From assembly GCA_000320545.1 (NCBI GenBank), contig ADNK01001271.1:1-38903 (forward strand): a DNA stretch of 38,903 bases. Direction: 5' to 3'. The notes beneath the pieces are model-generated. The model had not been told where the DNA came from, did no database searches, and was given only the letters and a program-made list of their open reading frames with translations. This DNA is from Bigelowiella natans CCMP2755 (lineage: Eukaryota > Protista > Cercozoa). Each line of letters starts with the position of its first letter. The first letter of the stretch is position 1. A program made the position numbers and the translations under genes. Shown one piece after another: positions 22,027 to 34,803 of the stretch.

Positions 22027-22905
22027 TTAGCGACGTGTGGATTTTGAAAATTCGACGCGGAGATACTCCCTTCCAAATTTCATCCCGTTCGTCTCACGCA
22101 TTGCATCCTCAGCATCCCTTTCGTCGTCATATTCAACGAAAGCATACGCTGGAGGGCGTGATGGTGTCTTGAGATCAATCCGCATAATTTTTCCAAATTT
22201 CGCATAGATCTCGTCGATTTCTCTCTCACGGACATCCATAGGAAGATTTCCGATGAAGATTTTACGACTAGGAGCACCTCGGGGTGAACGAGAACCTCCA
22301 CGACCACCACCACGTGGACCACCCCTAAGAGGAGGACGAGGGCGTGCAATGTTGCAAGTAATACGACGTCCATCAAGACGAGAATCATGCATGCCGTCAA
22401 CAGCCTCTTCTGCATCCCGCTTGCTTTCGAAGGTGATGAACGCAAAGCCGCGGGGCTCGCCGCGTTTGTCGCAAGGAACGAAAACATCAGTGATGTTCCC
22501 ATACTTCTCGAATCTATCACGGAGATCATCCTTGTGAGTACGGAAGTCTAGATTTCCCACATAGAGTTTACGTCCATAGGTTTCATCCCCATACTCTTCA
22601 GCCCTCTTATTTTCCTGGGAAGGGGATCGGGACCTATCGCGGTCACCACCTCCTCGGCCTCTACCTCGGTTAGATCGGGAGCGTGATCGCGAGCGAGAGC
22701 GACTGCGGCTACCGCCACGGGAGGGCGATCGCGATCGCGAATCATCCCTCTTACGCCTATCATCTTTGTCATCTTTGTCATCGTCCCGGCGGTCATCCTT
22801 ATCGTCTCGGCGATCGTCGTCCTTCTGGTCGTTGTCGCGATCCTCCTTGGGATCCTCCGTCTTCACGTCTTCTGGTTCCTCCTTTCTGTTCTCGTCGTCT
22901 GACAT
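22027..22905 (-). CDS. SR-family splicing factor / RNA-binding protein: acidic N-terminus, RS tract, two RRMs; 5'-UTR intron at 22906-22971
   Basis: RRM1 KLYVGNL..RGFAFITF; RRM2 KIFIGNLP..PPAYAFVEY..YLRVEF; SRSRSRSRSR tract. The ATG directly follows a ..caacag acceptor. Confidence 0.92.
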   Translation of the reverse strand: MSDDENRKEEPEDVKTEDPKEDRDNDQKDDDRRDDKDDRRDDDKDDKDDRRKRDDSRSRSPSRGGSRSRSRSRSRSRSNRGRGRGGGDRDRSRSPSQENKRAEEYGDETYGRKLYVGNLDFRTHKDDLRDRFEKYGNITDVFVPCDKRGEPRGFAFITFESKRDAEEAVDGMHDSRLDGRRITCNIARPRPPLRGGPRGGGRGGSRSPRGAPSRKIFIGNLPMDVREREIDEIYAKFGKIMRIDLKTPSRPPAYAFVEYDDERDAEDAMRETNGMKFGREYLRVEFSKSTRR

Positions 22906-23667
22906 CTGTTGAAATAGCATTATGGGATGTAAGTTTTCGAGATTATGTGAGACATTTTTCACCATTCATACTTAGGTCAAAAGAAGCAGCTTTAAATACA
23001 GATACAGCTTCAAAAAGCGCGGAAGCTTCAAAGCGGAAACGATACTAGAAGCTTTAGCATGCACAGAGCTCTTTGGCGGGAGCTAAAAGCTTCTTCTCTC
23101 TTGCATGCACACTCTTTGAGCAGGAGCTTCTAAAGCTTCTTTTCTCTTGCAGGATAACAGGCAGCAGTTGATGCAGAAACTTCTGTTCTTCCAGAAGGAA
23201 GAAGAAGTAAAAAGCTTGCCGAGGAAGAGCAAATTCCTCGCAAAATGCTTCAATCTTCGAGAAAACGCAAGCACGGGCCCACGGAACTTCCAAGGCAGCA
23301 GGCATCATCTTTATTTTTTGATCCTCTAGCTTCTATCCTTGTAAATGTGATGAAACCCAAGAACAATCCCGTTTGGGCTTCGTGAATGATATCAACATGC
23401 GTGTGAGGCTTGCCTTATCGCGGCGGGTTGAAATGTGATAAACGTAAGCGTTATAAATTAAAAATTGCCTTCTCTTCTTGAAATAATATCATATATTTAT
23501 CTAAGACGACAACATATATATGCTAATTATTTTCCGAATTATCATACTCAAGGAAAAAGTATTTACAGAATTGAGGCATTAGAGGATCTAATTTCTTTTT
23601 GCGGACTTAAATATTTTATTTTCAGATTAGTCTTTAAGGACAGATGGATGAGTATTCATGAAATGAT

Positions 23668-23861
23668 ATGGAGAAATGTTTAAGCTGCACCGTTCCATTT
23701 ATATTTCTGATTTAATTATCCTAGATAGCTGGATTCTGCAACTACCCAATGAGATGATTCTGGAAATTTTGGAACTAACTACGAAATGTATTCCCCGGAA
23801 ACTAGACCTTGGCCATTTTCATCAAAATCGAGGAAAATCGGACAACAAAGCAGGAAAAACG
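23668..23861 (+). other. Possible short F-box-like coding fragment or pseudogene
   Basis: ATG 23668 plus intron 23678-23724 gives MEKYSWILQLPNEMILEILELT, resembling the F-box LxxLPxE motif. No convincing continuation found. Confidence 0.25.
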
Positions 23862-24129
23862 GTATTCTTCTGTTTGGTTTGGATTAATTAGGTCTATGTA
23901 CTTTCTATTTTGAATATATTCTCGTTGACCAATTGGGGTTTCTCCTAGCGACTTTAAACTTTCCGCTGTCTTTTCCGTGTTTGCCATCACTGGTATTTTT
24001 CAGGTATGAATTCTAGGCTGAAACATATCTTGATATTGTCGGGATCCAAATGCTGGATGCCGAACCGCTCTCCGTACTACCCTACTTGTTTGCCCCCATC
24101 GCTTTGAAGGATATTGCAGATCGCATTCG

Positions 24130-26653
24130 ATGATTCGGAGAGGATGGGCTGGATCAGTTGTGAATCTAGCCCTTGGCCTCGTGGTCACGATCGTTCTCGT
24201 GTCATTACTTCCCTCTCGGAAGTCTGGCGCTCTTTCTGCTGGGGGTTCGCTTCTATCCTGGCCAGGCTCTGTATTCTATTCAGTTCGGTCCTATGGCTCA
24301 CATTTCCGTCCTATAGCCCGATATGCTCCTCAAAGACATTTTCAGCATCGAAAAAATAGTAGAAGACAGACTATGCTCTGGTATTGCTGCATCAAACACA
24401 CGCCATTAGTTACATAGACCAATGTGGAACATTTGGTGTTAAAATTGAATGGCATGATCTCCTTTTTGTTGGAAACGCAAACGACTCACACGTTACATAC
24501 AAGCATATACATATCCTTGTAAATACACGTATTAGTGAAGAAATCATTATGTATATGTGTCTGCAATGCATAAGACATAAACTAGTTCAATAATCTTTAT
24601 TCCAAAATAAGTCAATGCAAGGTAGCGTGCAATACTATATGACCGATAATTCCTGCTGGTGATTGATCATCATTAGGGCTAGCAAACCTAGACGAAAATC
24701 TCTGGCTGAGACCCCGGTACCGTGTGCTCTCTGCTACTTTCGAAGCGTTGCATCCTAATCTCTAAGAGTAATACTGTATTACAGGATGACTGGCTCTCGC
24801 CTCTTGATCTCGGCGTTTTCGGAAGTCCCCCAGAAAAACAGAGGACGGAGGAGGAGGATTGGAAGCACAGTAACTATCTTGAAGACTCAACGAGGAAACC
24901 TCCACGAAATAGTGCTAGTAGGGGCGTGAGAGGTTCTCGTGGCAACAGCTTCAGTTTCGGAGGGGAAGGAGGTCGTTGGGAACCTAACGTAGCAACAACC
25001 AAAACTGCAATAGATGAAACAACCCATCATGGCACCAATAGCATTCGTGAGGAGAGGCGATGGGGTAGACAAGGGGGGAGGGGCAGCAGTAGCAGCTTGG
25101 AAGATGCACTTGACCGCAAAGAGCAGAGGATCACGAGGGAAAAGAATCGTAGATGGGACAAGAAGGACCCGATGATGAAAGTAGATGCTAAGAATATGCT
25201 GCGGCAACACGCGGAAGATCACATGCTTGATTTGAGCAGCCTCGGTATCAGATTGGGTGGAGCAGTTCCTGAAACGTTCGAAGATATGGGACTAGACGCT
25301 GTGACCGTAAAGGTGAAATCGTAGAATCACGCCCATGCGCGCGCGCACGCACACACACACACACAACAACACCTTAGCAGGGCGAGAGGGGGGGGGGGGG
25401 GGGGGCGGATATGGTGGAATAGGATGAGAAACCGAAAATCTTCATAGAGATGATATTGACGTGTTCCATTCGAGAACTCCAAATTCATATTCTTGATTCT
25501 TCTGTAGCGTATAAAATGAAGGAGAATCAATATGGTTCTCTAAATTTGCAGGGGCTGTCGAGCCTTGGCTTCTCCAAACCAACTGAAATACAGGCCAAAG
25601 CATCCATTCCTATCCTTCAAGGTTCGTTGCAGGGGTATTAGTTGGAGTTTCAGTAGAACACGTGCTAGTTGTGCTGCCGCTGCTACTGCTGCAATGGTTG
25701 TTGCGAATACTAATAACGACACACGATACGTCGTCTACTACGCTGAAATTTATAAAAATGTTCCGTTGCCTGTATTTGTTGCTGTCTCTCCCTTTCGTCT
25801 TTGCAGGGAGGGATGTCTTCATTGCGGCAGAAACTGGCAGCGGCAAAACTCTGGCGTACCTCCTACCCCTCATATCACGAATGAAATACCTCGGGATAAA
25901 GGGGGGGAGGCCTCAGATAACCAAGCTGAAGCGAAAGGGGTCTCCCCGTAAAGGAGTGGGCAAGTCCAAACAGAAGGTGAGTTCGTTCAGTTCCGGTGCC
26001 AAGCATCCACAACCTATCATCTGAGAGAACAACAGCGTCCTGCATCCACTCCACCGACACCAAGGAAATCACATCATGATCATCGTCGGGTGGGTTCTAA
26101 GGGCTCTGCTGCTGCTGCTGTGTGTGCATGATTGCTACAGAAAGGGAAGAAGAAAGCTTCCTCCTCCTCATCTCTCGACGTTTCAGTGATAGCGAGCCCC
26201 TCCATCCTCATTGTTGTGCCCACCGATCTCTTATGCCGCCAAGTCTGTCTGTGAGAAAAAGAAGAAGAAGAAGAAGAAGAAGAAGAAGAAGAAGAAAAAT
26301 AACATAGAGAGAAGACATTTCTTGCAAGCAATAAAGCCCTTAAAATAGCCAGATGCACAGCTCCTCCTGACCTCTAGTTGGAAATAGCATTTGTGGTCGT
26401 TCATCCTCCATTTCCTTGCATATGTTAGTGATAAAAACACCTAATAGAGAGCATGCTTAACACGCATAATGAATGTGCTCCAAACACGCACACAGAGAGA
26501 GGGGGGTGGGGGAAGAGTGGGAACACTCGAGATATTCTCAATGCTCATTCGTGATGTTGTTGCTGGCTTTGTAGGTGACATCGGTGGGAGATTGGGTTTC
26601 GGAGGCATTAGCTGACATCTCTGCCTCAGACGCCATGTCTATGCCATGGCAGC

Positions 26654-26689
<36 letters not shown>

Positions 26690-26893
26690 TACCATCAGTA
26701 ACAGCAGCAGCGGCAGCAGCAAAAGCGGCCGCAGCAAGACTGCGCGTGGAAATGATGGCAGGAAAGATGAAGCCAAAGGACCAGAAGGAAGTGCTCGCAG
26801 GTGTGTAAAGCTAAGTTTCACATTAGTTCCCTCTTCCTCCTCACCATTGTACTTTAATAAGACAACCAATGATACTTTGGTTCTCCTTCATTC

Positions 26894-26936
<43 letters not shown>

Positions 26937-27773
26937 CTCTCCCTCTTTCTCTACATTCATTCATCTGCGATCTCCTCCTCTTCGTTTATTCCTCTTGGAA
27001 TCCTCAACTACCGAAGCGGACGGGATAGATGTGCTGATATCGACGCCAAAATCCGCCATGGATCTGGTCGCCAACCAACACTCCTTTTTCGTTGAATGCA
27101 TGGCTTTCTCCCATCACTCTTTCAGGGAACATTTTACAATTAGTTGATGCACACGTCATCATCACCATCATCATCATCACCACCACCATCATCACCATCA
27201 TCATTTCCATAATCTATTTTGTTGTACAGGTGAACGCCCGAAACGGGCTAGGCATTTCTGTGGACCGCCTAGCAGCAGTCGTTGTGGATGAAGCGGACCA
27301 GGTGATTTGGGAGGGGGTATAGGGGGGGAGGGGGGGGGGGGGCATCACTTAACACAGTGGAGACTGTTTGGTCGTGGGAAAGCAAATGGCAATTAAGATG
27401 GACGAGTAACGATGATGTTCCAATACTGTCAATTCTAAGCACGCCTACTGAAGAAGACACACCTACACGCGCACACATGTGTATGATGATCCTTATTCGT
27501 TTTGAGTGTCAATCCATGCACGCTTTTTTACACCGAGGATACATGGCAATCAGATCATCCTCTCCGAAGAACGCAGCGGGCACAGTCTTTCGCGCCTACT
27601 AGCCAGCATAGACAGGAAGAAAAGACAATCGCAGGAGAAGCACCAAGCATCATGGTCACGATCATCGTCGCCTCTACCCGCGCAGCTAATTTTTGCTGCC
27701 GCTACCATGTCTCGAGAGACGTGGGACGAGGAGCTGAAGCCTATCCTCTCCAAGGCAGGGTGGGTGTAGGCAT

Positions 27774-27807
<34 letters not shown>

Positions 27808-27917
27808 TGGCAAAAGGATAAACAATGCCGACACTACACAACACAACAATAACGAACGACTGAAACGACGAACATCCTCATCGTCATCATCATCTAATCG
27901 GCCCCTCATGATCTCAT

Positions 27918-28011
<94 letters not shown>

Positions 28012-30645
28012 TATTGCTTCCAAATAGACGGAATAGCTCGCTGCCCCTTCGCCGCGTTTCGTCGTCCGGGCTGCATAAGGTCCCTCCCCAGCTCCAGCAG
28101 TCCTTTGTCAACTTCCACGTTGCAGAGGCGGGGAGGAGAGGACAGGAAGAAGCAAGTCCCAAGGGAGAGAACAACGATGCTGTTGGAGGAGAGCAAGAGA
28201 CTAGGTTAGCAGCCCTGTGGAACGTGCTGGAAGAGGTAAACTATCTCTCGTCGTAATCTTCTCCTGTTCTCCGAAAACGTTCTCAGTGCCTGTCTGCTAT
28301 ATGTACGCCTCATATACAACATAATATGGTCTGTGATCATCTTAATCAAGTCGACCTGGTACACCCCCTCACCACCCACCCGTTCTTTCCGTTGTATGTT
28401 GTAGGAATTGGGGAGTTTTCTCACTGTAAGTTGGTCTCCCAACATGGATCTGGCCCCCATAGATGGTGATGTAAAAGTCTGAACGAGATTCTTACACGCG
28501 ATGCTAGCTTCCTCCCGCCCGCCCCTCCCCTTCTAGATGACGGCAATGAATATGACAATACCTCTCTTCATCACCCCCTCCCCTGCCTCCTCTCCCCCCC
28601 CCATTTAAATTGATGCAGAGATCTACGAAGAGGAAGAGGAGCTGCAACTGGAGGCCGCCAGTGACAATACAGAAGCAACCGGTGAGGAGGGGGGGGGGGG
28701 GGAGGGGGGGATGGTAATGATACAAGCGGCGGCAGCAGCCCCAGCGGAGTAACAGCAGCACAGCTAAGAGGATCTTTAGGAGATCTTGCACAGTGGGCAT
28801 CTTCTAGTCTAGAATCGGAGTTCAGTGGTGACACAGGTGTGCGAGCTATAATAGTATAGACACGAGTGTGCGAAGAAGCAGAGACCTATTCCCTCTTCCT
28901 CTATTGATGGGTTGCTACTATCTTGCTGTGTTCGTCGCCAACTCTGCTGCATAGAAGCCGAAGATGGATTGGTCCCAGCGATCGAAGATATACCCATTGA
29001 CGAGGCGGGGGAAGGGAAGGAGGAGGGGAGCGAAGGTGACGCCGAGCAATTCAGGGCGCTAAGTCAGGTCGTTGTTGTGTTTAATGTATATTTTCGGATG
29101 ATCCCGAACGAAGGCTGCACACATGCATGTGATATCGCTGCTGCTGCTGCTGCTGCTATTGTGGCTCTTCTTGGCTGTGGGAGTCCCTCTGTTTGCGCAA
29201 CACTACAATTCCGTCTCTTCGATAAGGATGATGATGATTATTACTTTATTATTTATTACTATCATGCCGGCGTAAGTTATTCATTCTTCCGTGTTTCTCT
29301 TTTTTCTTTCTTTCTTCTTCTATTTCTTATTTTTTGCTGTAACTATCGTCGTTGTGTTTTGCTGTGTCCACGTGGCGACGGGCAGGTGCTAGTGTTTACA
29401 AATAGCATCGCTGATGCCGAGGTCGTTGCCAGCTACCTCAAACGAAGAGGCGCCTTCTCGGTCGTTCGGTTTTAATGATGATTATGACAGCAACCACATC
29501 GCCGCAAACAACAATAATAATTCAGTCAGCAATGGCAACGGTTTCTAGCTCTTCGCGCACATTGTTTTCCTTGAGATGTATACATCTTTGATCAAAAATA
29601 AAAAACTAACGTGCAGTGACCTATCATGCTAAACTGACGGTCTTCGTCATTCCTGCATTATTTAGGTTGGTGTGTTCCACGGGAAAGTCGGAAGAGGGGG
29701 AGAGGTGGGTTCCCTCTCGTCTTTATTGTCGTTGTTGTCGTTGTCTTGTTAGTATCGTCACCGTTTGCACTCCAAGCCGTGTTATGATGTGGGTGTTGAT
29801 AATAGATAGAAGTAAGAAAGGAGGAGAGATGTGATAGTGCGAGCTCTTCTTAAGCTGCTGTAGTCCTGGTTATCATCATCGTCATCATCATCATCATTAT
29901 TGTTGTTGTTGTTTTCTTCTTCCATAGGTTTTGGATCGATACAACAACGGAGCATTGCGTATTCTCGTGTGTACGGACGCAGCAGCGCGGTAGGATTATA
30001 ACGAACACACTCTGTCATCGTCGTCGCCATTGCTGTATTTGCTGCTATTGTTGCTGCTGCAATGAATCCCAATATATACTGAAAGCTCAGTACAGAAGAA
30101 ATAAATTATAATAGTGATCGCTTTCTTATATCATCGCGGCTGTTGTGACTATCGTCTCCTCGTTGTCGTCACTATCACATCGTTATCTCTGCCGCACTTT
30201 GTGCTGCATACAGGGGACTCGACTTCGAGGGGGTGACGCATGTTGTTCAGTACCAGATGCCGCTTGGAGAGGACGTACGTGTCGCTCGATGATGTTGTTG
30301 TTGATGATGATGATGATGATGATGATGATAGCCGACAACGAAGGGCTAACGAGAGGGAAATCATCGATAATTTGCCGAAATAAATGAGGCGCGACGACAG
30401 CGATCGCAACACTCGCTTTCGCGGTTGCTCTTTATTTGTAGTAGTCCTTCCGACGATGTAGTTCTTTCCCTTCCCCGCTTTCCGCTGGATCAAAAAGGCT
30501 GATTGAATACCTGTCAAACAGGCACGGGAGGTGTATCTGCACCGAATTGGCCGCACAGCGCGCGCGTCGCAAAGGGTAACCATTGTCCACCACCACCAGC
30601 AGGAGGCACGTCCTCATGAACGAAGAAGAAGAAGAGGAAGGATTC

Positions 30646-30687
<42 letters not shown>

Positions 30688-31324
30688 GTAAAAGTGGACT
30701 TAGATCACATTTTTCTTTTTTCTTTCTGCCCTCCTCCTCCTCCTCCTCCTCCTCCTCTTATCCAAGGAAATGGCTGGGCGAGACAAGACTTTTAAGGCTA
30801 TATCTCTCTATGAAGAGGGGGGGATAGATCAGGGAGAAGAGAACCTCGTTCAGCATCTCCAGAAAGGGTCATCATCATCATCATCATCATCATTATCATC
30901 ATCATCATGCAATCAAATGCGTCCATCACAACACTCAGCCGCTTTTGCATGCCGAAAATGAACGATTCACAAGCGATTCGACAAAAAGCATTCGTTTGCT
31001 TTGCAGGACTGTCAATTGCTATCAAATTTTCGCTGCTTTATTGCCTTTGTTTTTCTTAATGAGTAAATCGATCATTTCATGTTGCTGTATCTTATCTTGT
31101 CACATACGGCTCATTTTCTTTTTTTTTCTATCCTTTCGCTCCTCTCCTCTCCTCTCCTCTCATCCTTGGGTCTTCCACGGTGTAGAACTGGAATTATCGA
31201 TACCACGTCACGAGCTTATATGAAAAAGCAGCAGCCGCGACGAATGGAAACAGAATCCCTGGTAGACGACGATGGTGATGATGAAGAGGAGGAATTCGAC
31301 ATTACCGATCCCAGAATGATATGA
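24130..31324 (+). CDS. DEAD-box RNA helicase with bipartite (signal + transit) N-terminal leader; many exons
   Basis: Motifs in order across exons: Q motif FEDMGL..GFSKPTEIQ, I AETGSGKT, Ia VPTDLLCRQ, Ib STP, II DEADQ, III AAT, IV VLVFTNS, FHG, V CTDAAAR|GLD, VI HRIGRTAR. Leader MIRRGWAGSVVNLALGLVVTIVLVSLL joins in frame via exons 24130-24380, 24677-24716 and 24785-25312. Confidence 0.9.
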
Positions 31325-31914
31325 GAGAATGTGGAAGAAGAAAGAAGCATTTAATTGAAGATTTCCAAAAAATCTTTTCTGGGCACGACGGTAGAGGATC
31401 TGATAGTTCTAAAAGCGGCTAAGCCTGCATCGGGGAAGATGTTGTCCCGTGGAGCGTATCTGAAATGAGCAGTGTGGATTTTAGCGCACAGCGCAAACAA
31501 CGAATTTAGAGTGTCCGTTCTTGTTCTGCTGAGCTATTAATTGTCGTGTATACTCGTTGCAACTTTCTTCCATCGTTTCGTTTACTTGTGCGCGACGCAA
31601 AGCCACCTATTTGCTGCTGTTCTGGTATTTATTTGCCCATTATAAGCGCATCGTATTCGCAGCACAACATGTGAAGAGCAATTGCAACATGTTTTGACGA
31701 CACATATTGTTGCACAATGCACATTCTAGCATTTACTGTTAGACTTGCTCATATGAATACACACAGTGATGCGCGACGACGAAACGAAAAGATTGACTTG
31801 CGATGAGAAGCAATATAGGAAACACGCACTGCTACGCGAAATGCGCGACATTCGCAAGACCGAAACAACATGCATTTGATTGCATGAAACACATCATAGC
31901 GGAGACCAACAGAT

Positions 31915-32011
31915 TCAACATTAGCGCAGTAGCCGTTGCATTGCACAGCTACATTAGGATGACCATAATTGAACAAATTTAATTTGATTAATTACATCCA
32001 TTTTACATATA
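31915..32011 (-). repeat. Dispersed repeat family A, copy 4 (least degenerate-looking)
   Basis: Reverse complement tatatgtaaaatggatgtaattaatcaaattaaatttgttcaattatggtcatcctaatgtagctgtgcaatgcaacggctactgcgc. Confidence 0.85.
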
Positions 32012-32251
32012 GGAAATGCTGACAGTAAACTTGAAAAAGCAAACTTGCATGGTAATATGACAATGACCTGCCTAGATCGGTATGCTAGCATGTATGATGC
32101 ATGTATGATGAAGCCAGCTTTTCTAGATTTGTACGGTCAAAGAGGCGTAAACTGTATGCGAGGTCATGGCCTCATAGCTACTACATCTGAACACCTTCTG
32201 GGTTCGTTTCACTAAAAACCAAGACTTTGCTCGGAAAGCAGCTTCGATTCC

Positions 32252-33491
32252 TCACTTTGAACCCGCCGCATTGCCGGAGGATAGGATGTTGGATAGCTTC
32301 CGTATGTCTACCTAAAGAGAAGGGGAGACGACAAGGAGAAGACCAAGAAAGAGCACGAACGAGCGGAATAAGAGAAAGCGTATTATCAGCAGGTCTAGAG
32401 GTGTTAAGAGAATCCTTCAATAAATTCTCTTTCAATGACTGTCCATTTTCCTCTCGTTTTATCATCTTTTTTCGCATTCCCAGAGCCCTCTTTCAGCGGT
32501 CTCGTCGAGCACCGTATTTTTTAAAGCATATATAACAAATAGCTGATACCTTCCGTTTTACTCCTGCGCTCTTTGCATGCCCTTCGATTGCCTAATGATG
32601 ATGGTCAAGATAAAGACGATGACGATGTGTCACTGATACTGTGTCTACTAATACAGAGCAGGGCGCTGCCGGTTCTTCTTGCTTTTTGTTGGTGAGGGAT
32701 TGTCGTTGTTCTCATTTCACCTCTTTGACATCTTCCTCCGTGGTGATAATGGGGTTTGTGGAAAGAACACCTGTCGTCGATGACGTGATGATTAGGATAA
32801 TGATTATGATTATGTTGATGATGATGCCGGCGCTGATGGCGGAAATGATGATTAGGCCGATCATGATGACAGCAAAAGAGAAGTCGAGAGAACAAGCGAT
32901 GGTAAGAGAGATAGAATTAAAAAGGGAAAGAGAGGGAGAGAGGGAGAGAGAGAGAGGGGGGGGGGAGGGGGGGGGAGGGGGGGATTCAATTAGTTACGAA
33001 CCTACTGCCAATGCCAGCCCACATCGTCCTCCGCCTGAAGAACGAGGTAGATAACAAAGAGGGAGGGAGGGGAGGACAAAGCGCGATACACCATACATCA
33101 GAGGGGAATTTTCGCCACCATTTCTGCGATCATCAAGCGCCAAGCTGTGCGAATTCCTCGCAGGATTAGCGCACATCAACGCTACTACTCGCATGTATTG
33201 ATTGCCTCTGCTGCTTCTTCAACACTTCTACTCAAAATAATCATGACTCTCGTTCGTTGTGTGGACAGGTAAATCATCGCGCACGCTTTACCGCCAGAAC
33301 AATGGACGACGACTTTCTCCTCCGAAGCCTAAGGAGGGGGGGGGGAGGGGCGGGGGTGGACGAGGACGATCTTCAGCAACGCGATGTGATAGTGTGAAGA
33401 TCACGTTGCTGCCACTGATGGTTGTTGATGATGAGCATGACGGTGATGATGATGATGATAAGATATGATGATGATGATGATGATAATGATA

Positions 33492-33524
<33 letters not shown>

Positions 33525-34383
33525 GTGTCTACGACGACGATGACACTAACAAATAATGGTTAATGTATTGACGACCCGGGCTTCTTCAATCGCATCGATA
33601 ATCTTTGATTTTGCATCTCCTAATAGTAGTTACAGGGGGGGGGGTCATTCAATACCTGTTGGAATCCAGAATTGCAATGAGAAAAATCGAGAGATCAGGC
33701 TCTGCTGCCGCCTCGTTTTCCTCCGAAAATGAAATTATACCTTTGAACATGGGAACTCTGATATAGGACTGGAAAGAATCTCTCATCTTTTGCTCGATGT
33801 CCCCGTCATACCTAGCGTGGAATTAATAATTCGTCCGTGACTTCGATTGTTCTTCTCCTGCTTGATGATATGATGATGGTGGTGGTGGTGGTGGTGATGA
33901 TGATAATGATATGATGAAGAGGTGGAAAAATATCTCGGCTTAGACGTGAAAATGCTCGCTCACCACTCAAGCTCGTCGTCGCCCAGCAACGAAACGACTC
34001 TGACCGTTGCAAGTTGTTGGGAAAGCATATCATCGATCGAACAACTCCTCTCTGAAGCAACTACCTTTTCACGTCTTGCGATTGCATGAACGCTACCCAG
34101 TCATCTACCAGTGCCATGTCAACCCCCCGTGGTGTCTCATTGTCACCATAACCTACACGGTCACGTCATGCTCAGGAAAAACTAGGTTGCCCAAGATCAC
34201 CACCGTTCTACGACGGTGTCGTTTGCTACCTGGTCTGCAGCTGCCGTGGAGAATGCTATCCCCCTCGCTCGCAGCGGCGAAGTTGAAATCCTTCGTTCCG
34301 ACGGCAGTGTTTCCGAAACTGCGGGATCGGAGACCAATGCCAGATAATCGCAGGGGTTGTCGCACTAGTGCTCGATGAAGCAT
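32252..34383 (-). CDS. Dual-specificity / PTP-superfamily phosphatase with mitochondrial-type presequence; about 9 exons
   Basis: Spliced product MLHRALVRQPLRLSGIGLRSRSF..FAAASEGDSILHGSCRPGY..DDWVAFMQSQDVKRVVSLL..EEKVVVHCSGGGGRCGLALA..VDIRKLSNILSSGNAAGSK*. The CX5R motif is split by intron 33035-33291. Confidence 0.8.
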
Positions 34384-34659
34384 TCTCACCCCTCCAAATA
34401 CGAAAAGGCGGGTGTTCATCGCTGAAAACATAACAACGACGAACATAAGGGGCGATCCTTTACCAACATGCACTGCGCTATTTATCAACAGGAAGGGTAA
34501 TGTAGCTGCGACGGGGGGGGGGAAGGGGCCTCCGTCACACACTCGGACCGAAACGAGTACTGAGAGTACCGCCTGAATCTGAAATTGCCGGGAATTTTTG
34601 GAGATCGTAGCTGAATTTTATAGACGCAAGGGGGAAATACAGGGCGTTTTCTATCTTCG

Positions 34660-34770
34660 GGAGGGATTTCCTGAGGGATTTCGAAACCCGAAGATTTATT
34701 TCGAACATCCTTATTTGTGATTTCATAGGATTTCCAGGATTTCCTAGGATTTCCTAGGATTTCCAGATTT
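34660..34770. promoter_or_regulatory. GGATTTCC(TA) tandem motif in the divergent intergenic region
   Basis: ggatttccaggatttcctaggatttcctaggatttccagattt plus upstream gggatttcc and gggatttcg. Regulatory role is inferred from position. Confidence 0.4.
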
Positions 34771-34803
34771 TGATGCGGCAATGCAACGCAGGTGTTTGTT
34801 CCG

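Noticed and set aside
30213-30235. TRLRGG in the ORF track
   Set aside because: Wrong frame; the helicase frame reads GLDFEGVTH.
33194-33228. SVEEAAEAINT, a DSP-like helix on the - strand
   Set aside because: Lies within the intron that splits the CX5R motif and is out of order; probably chance.
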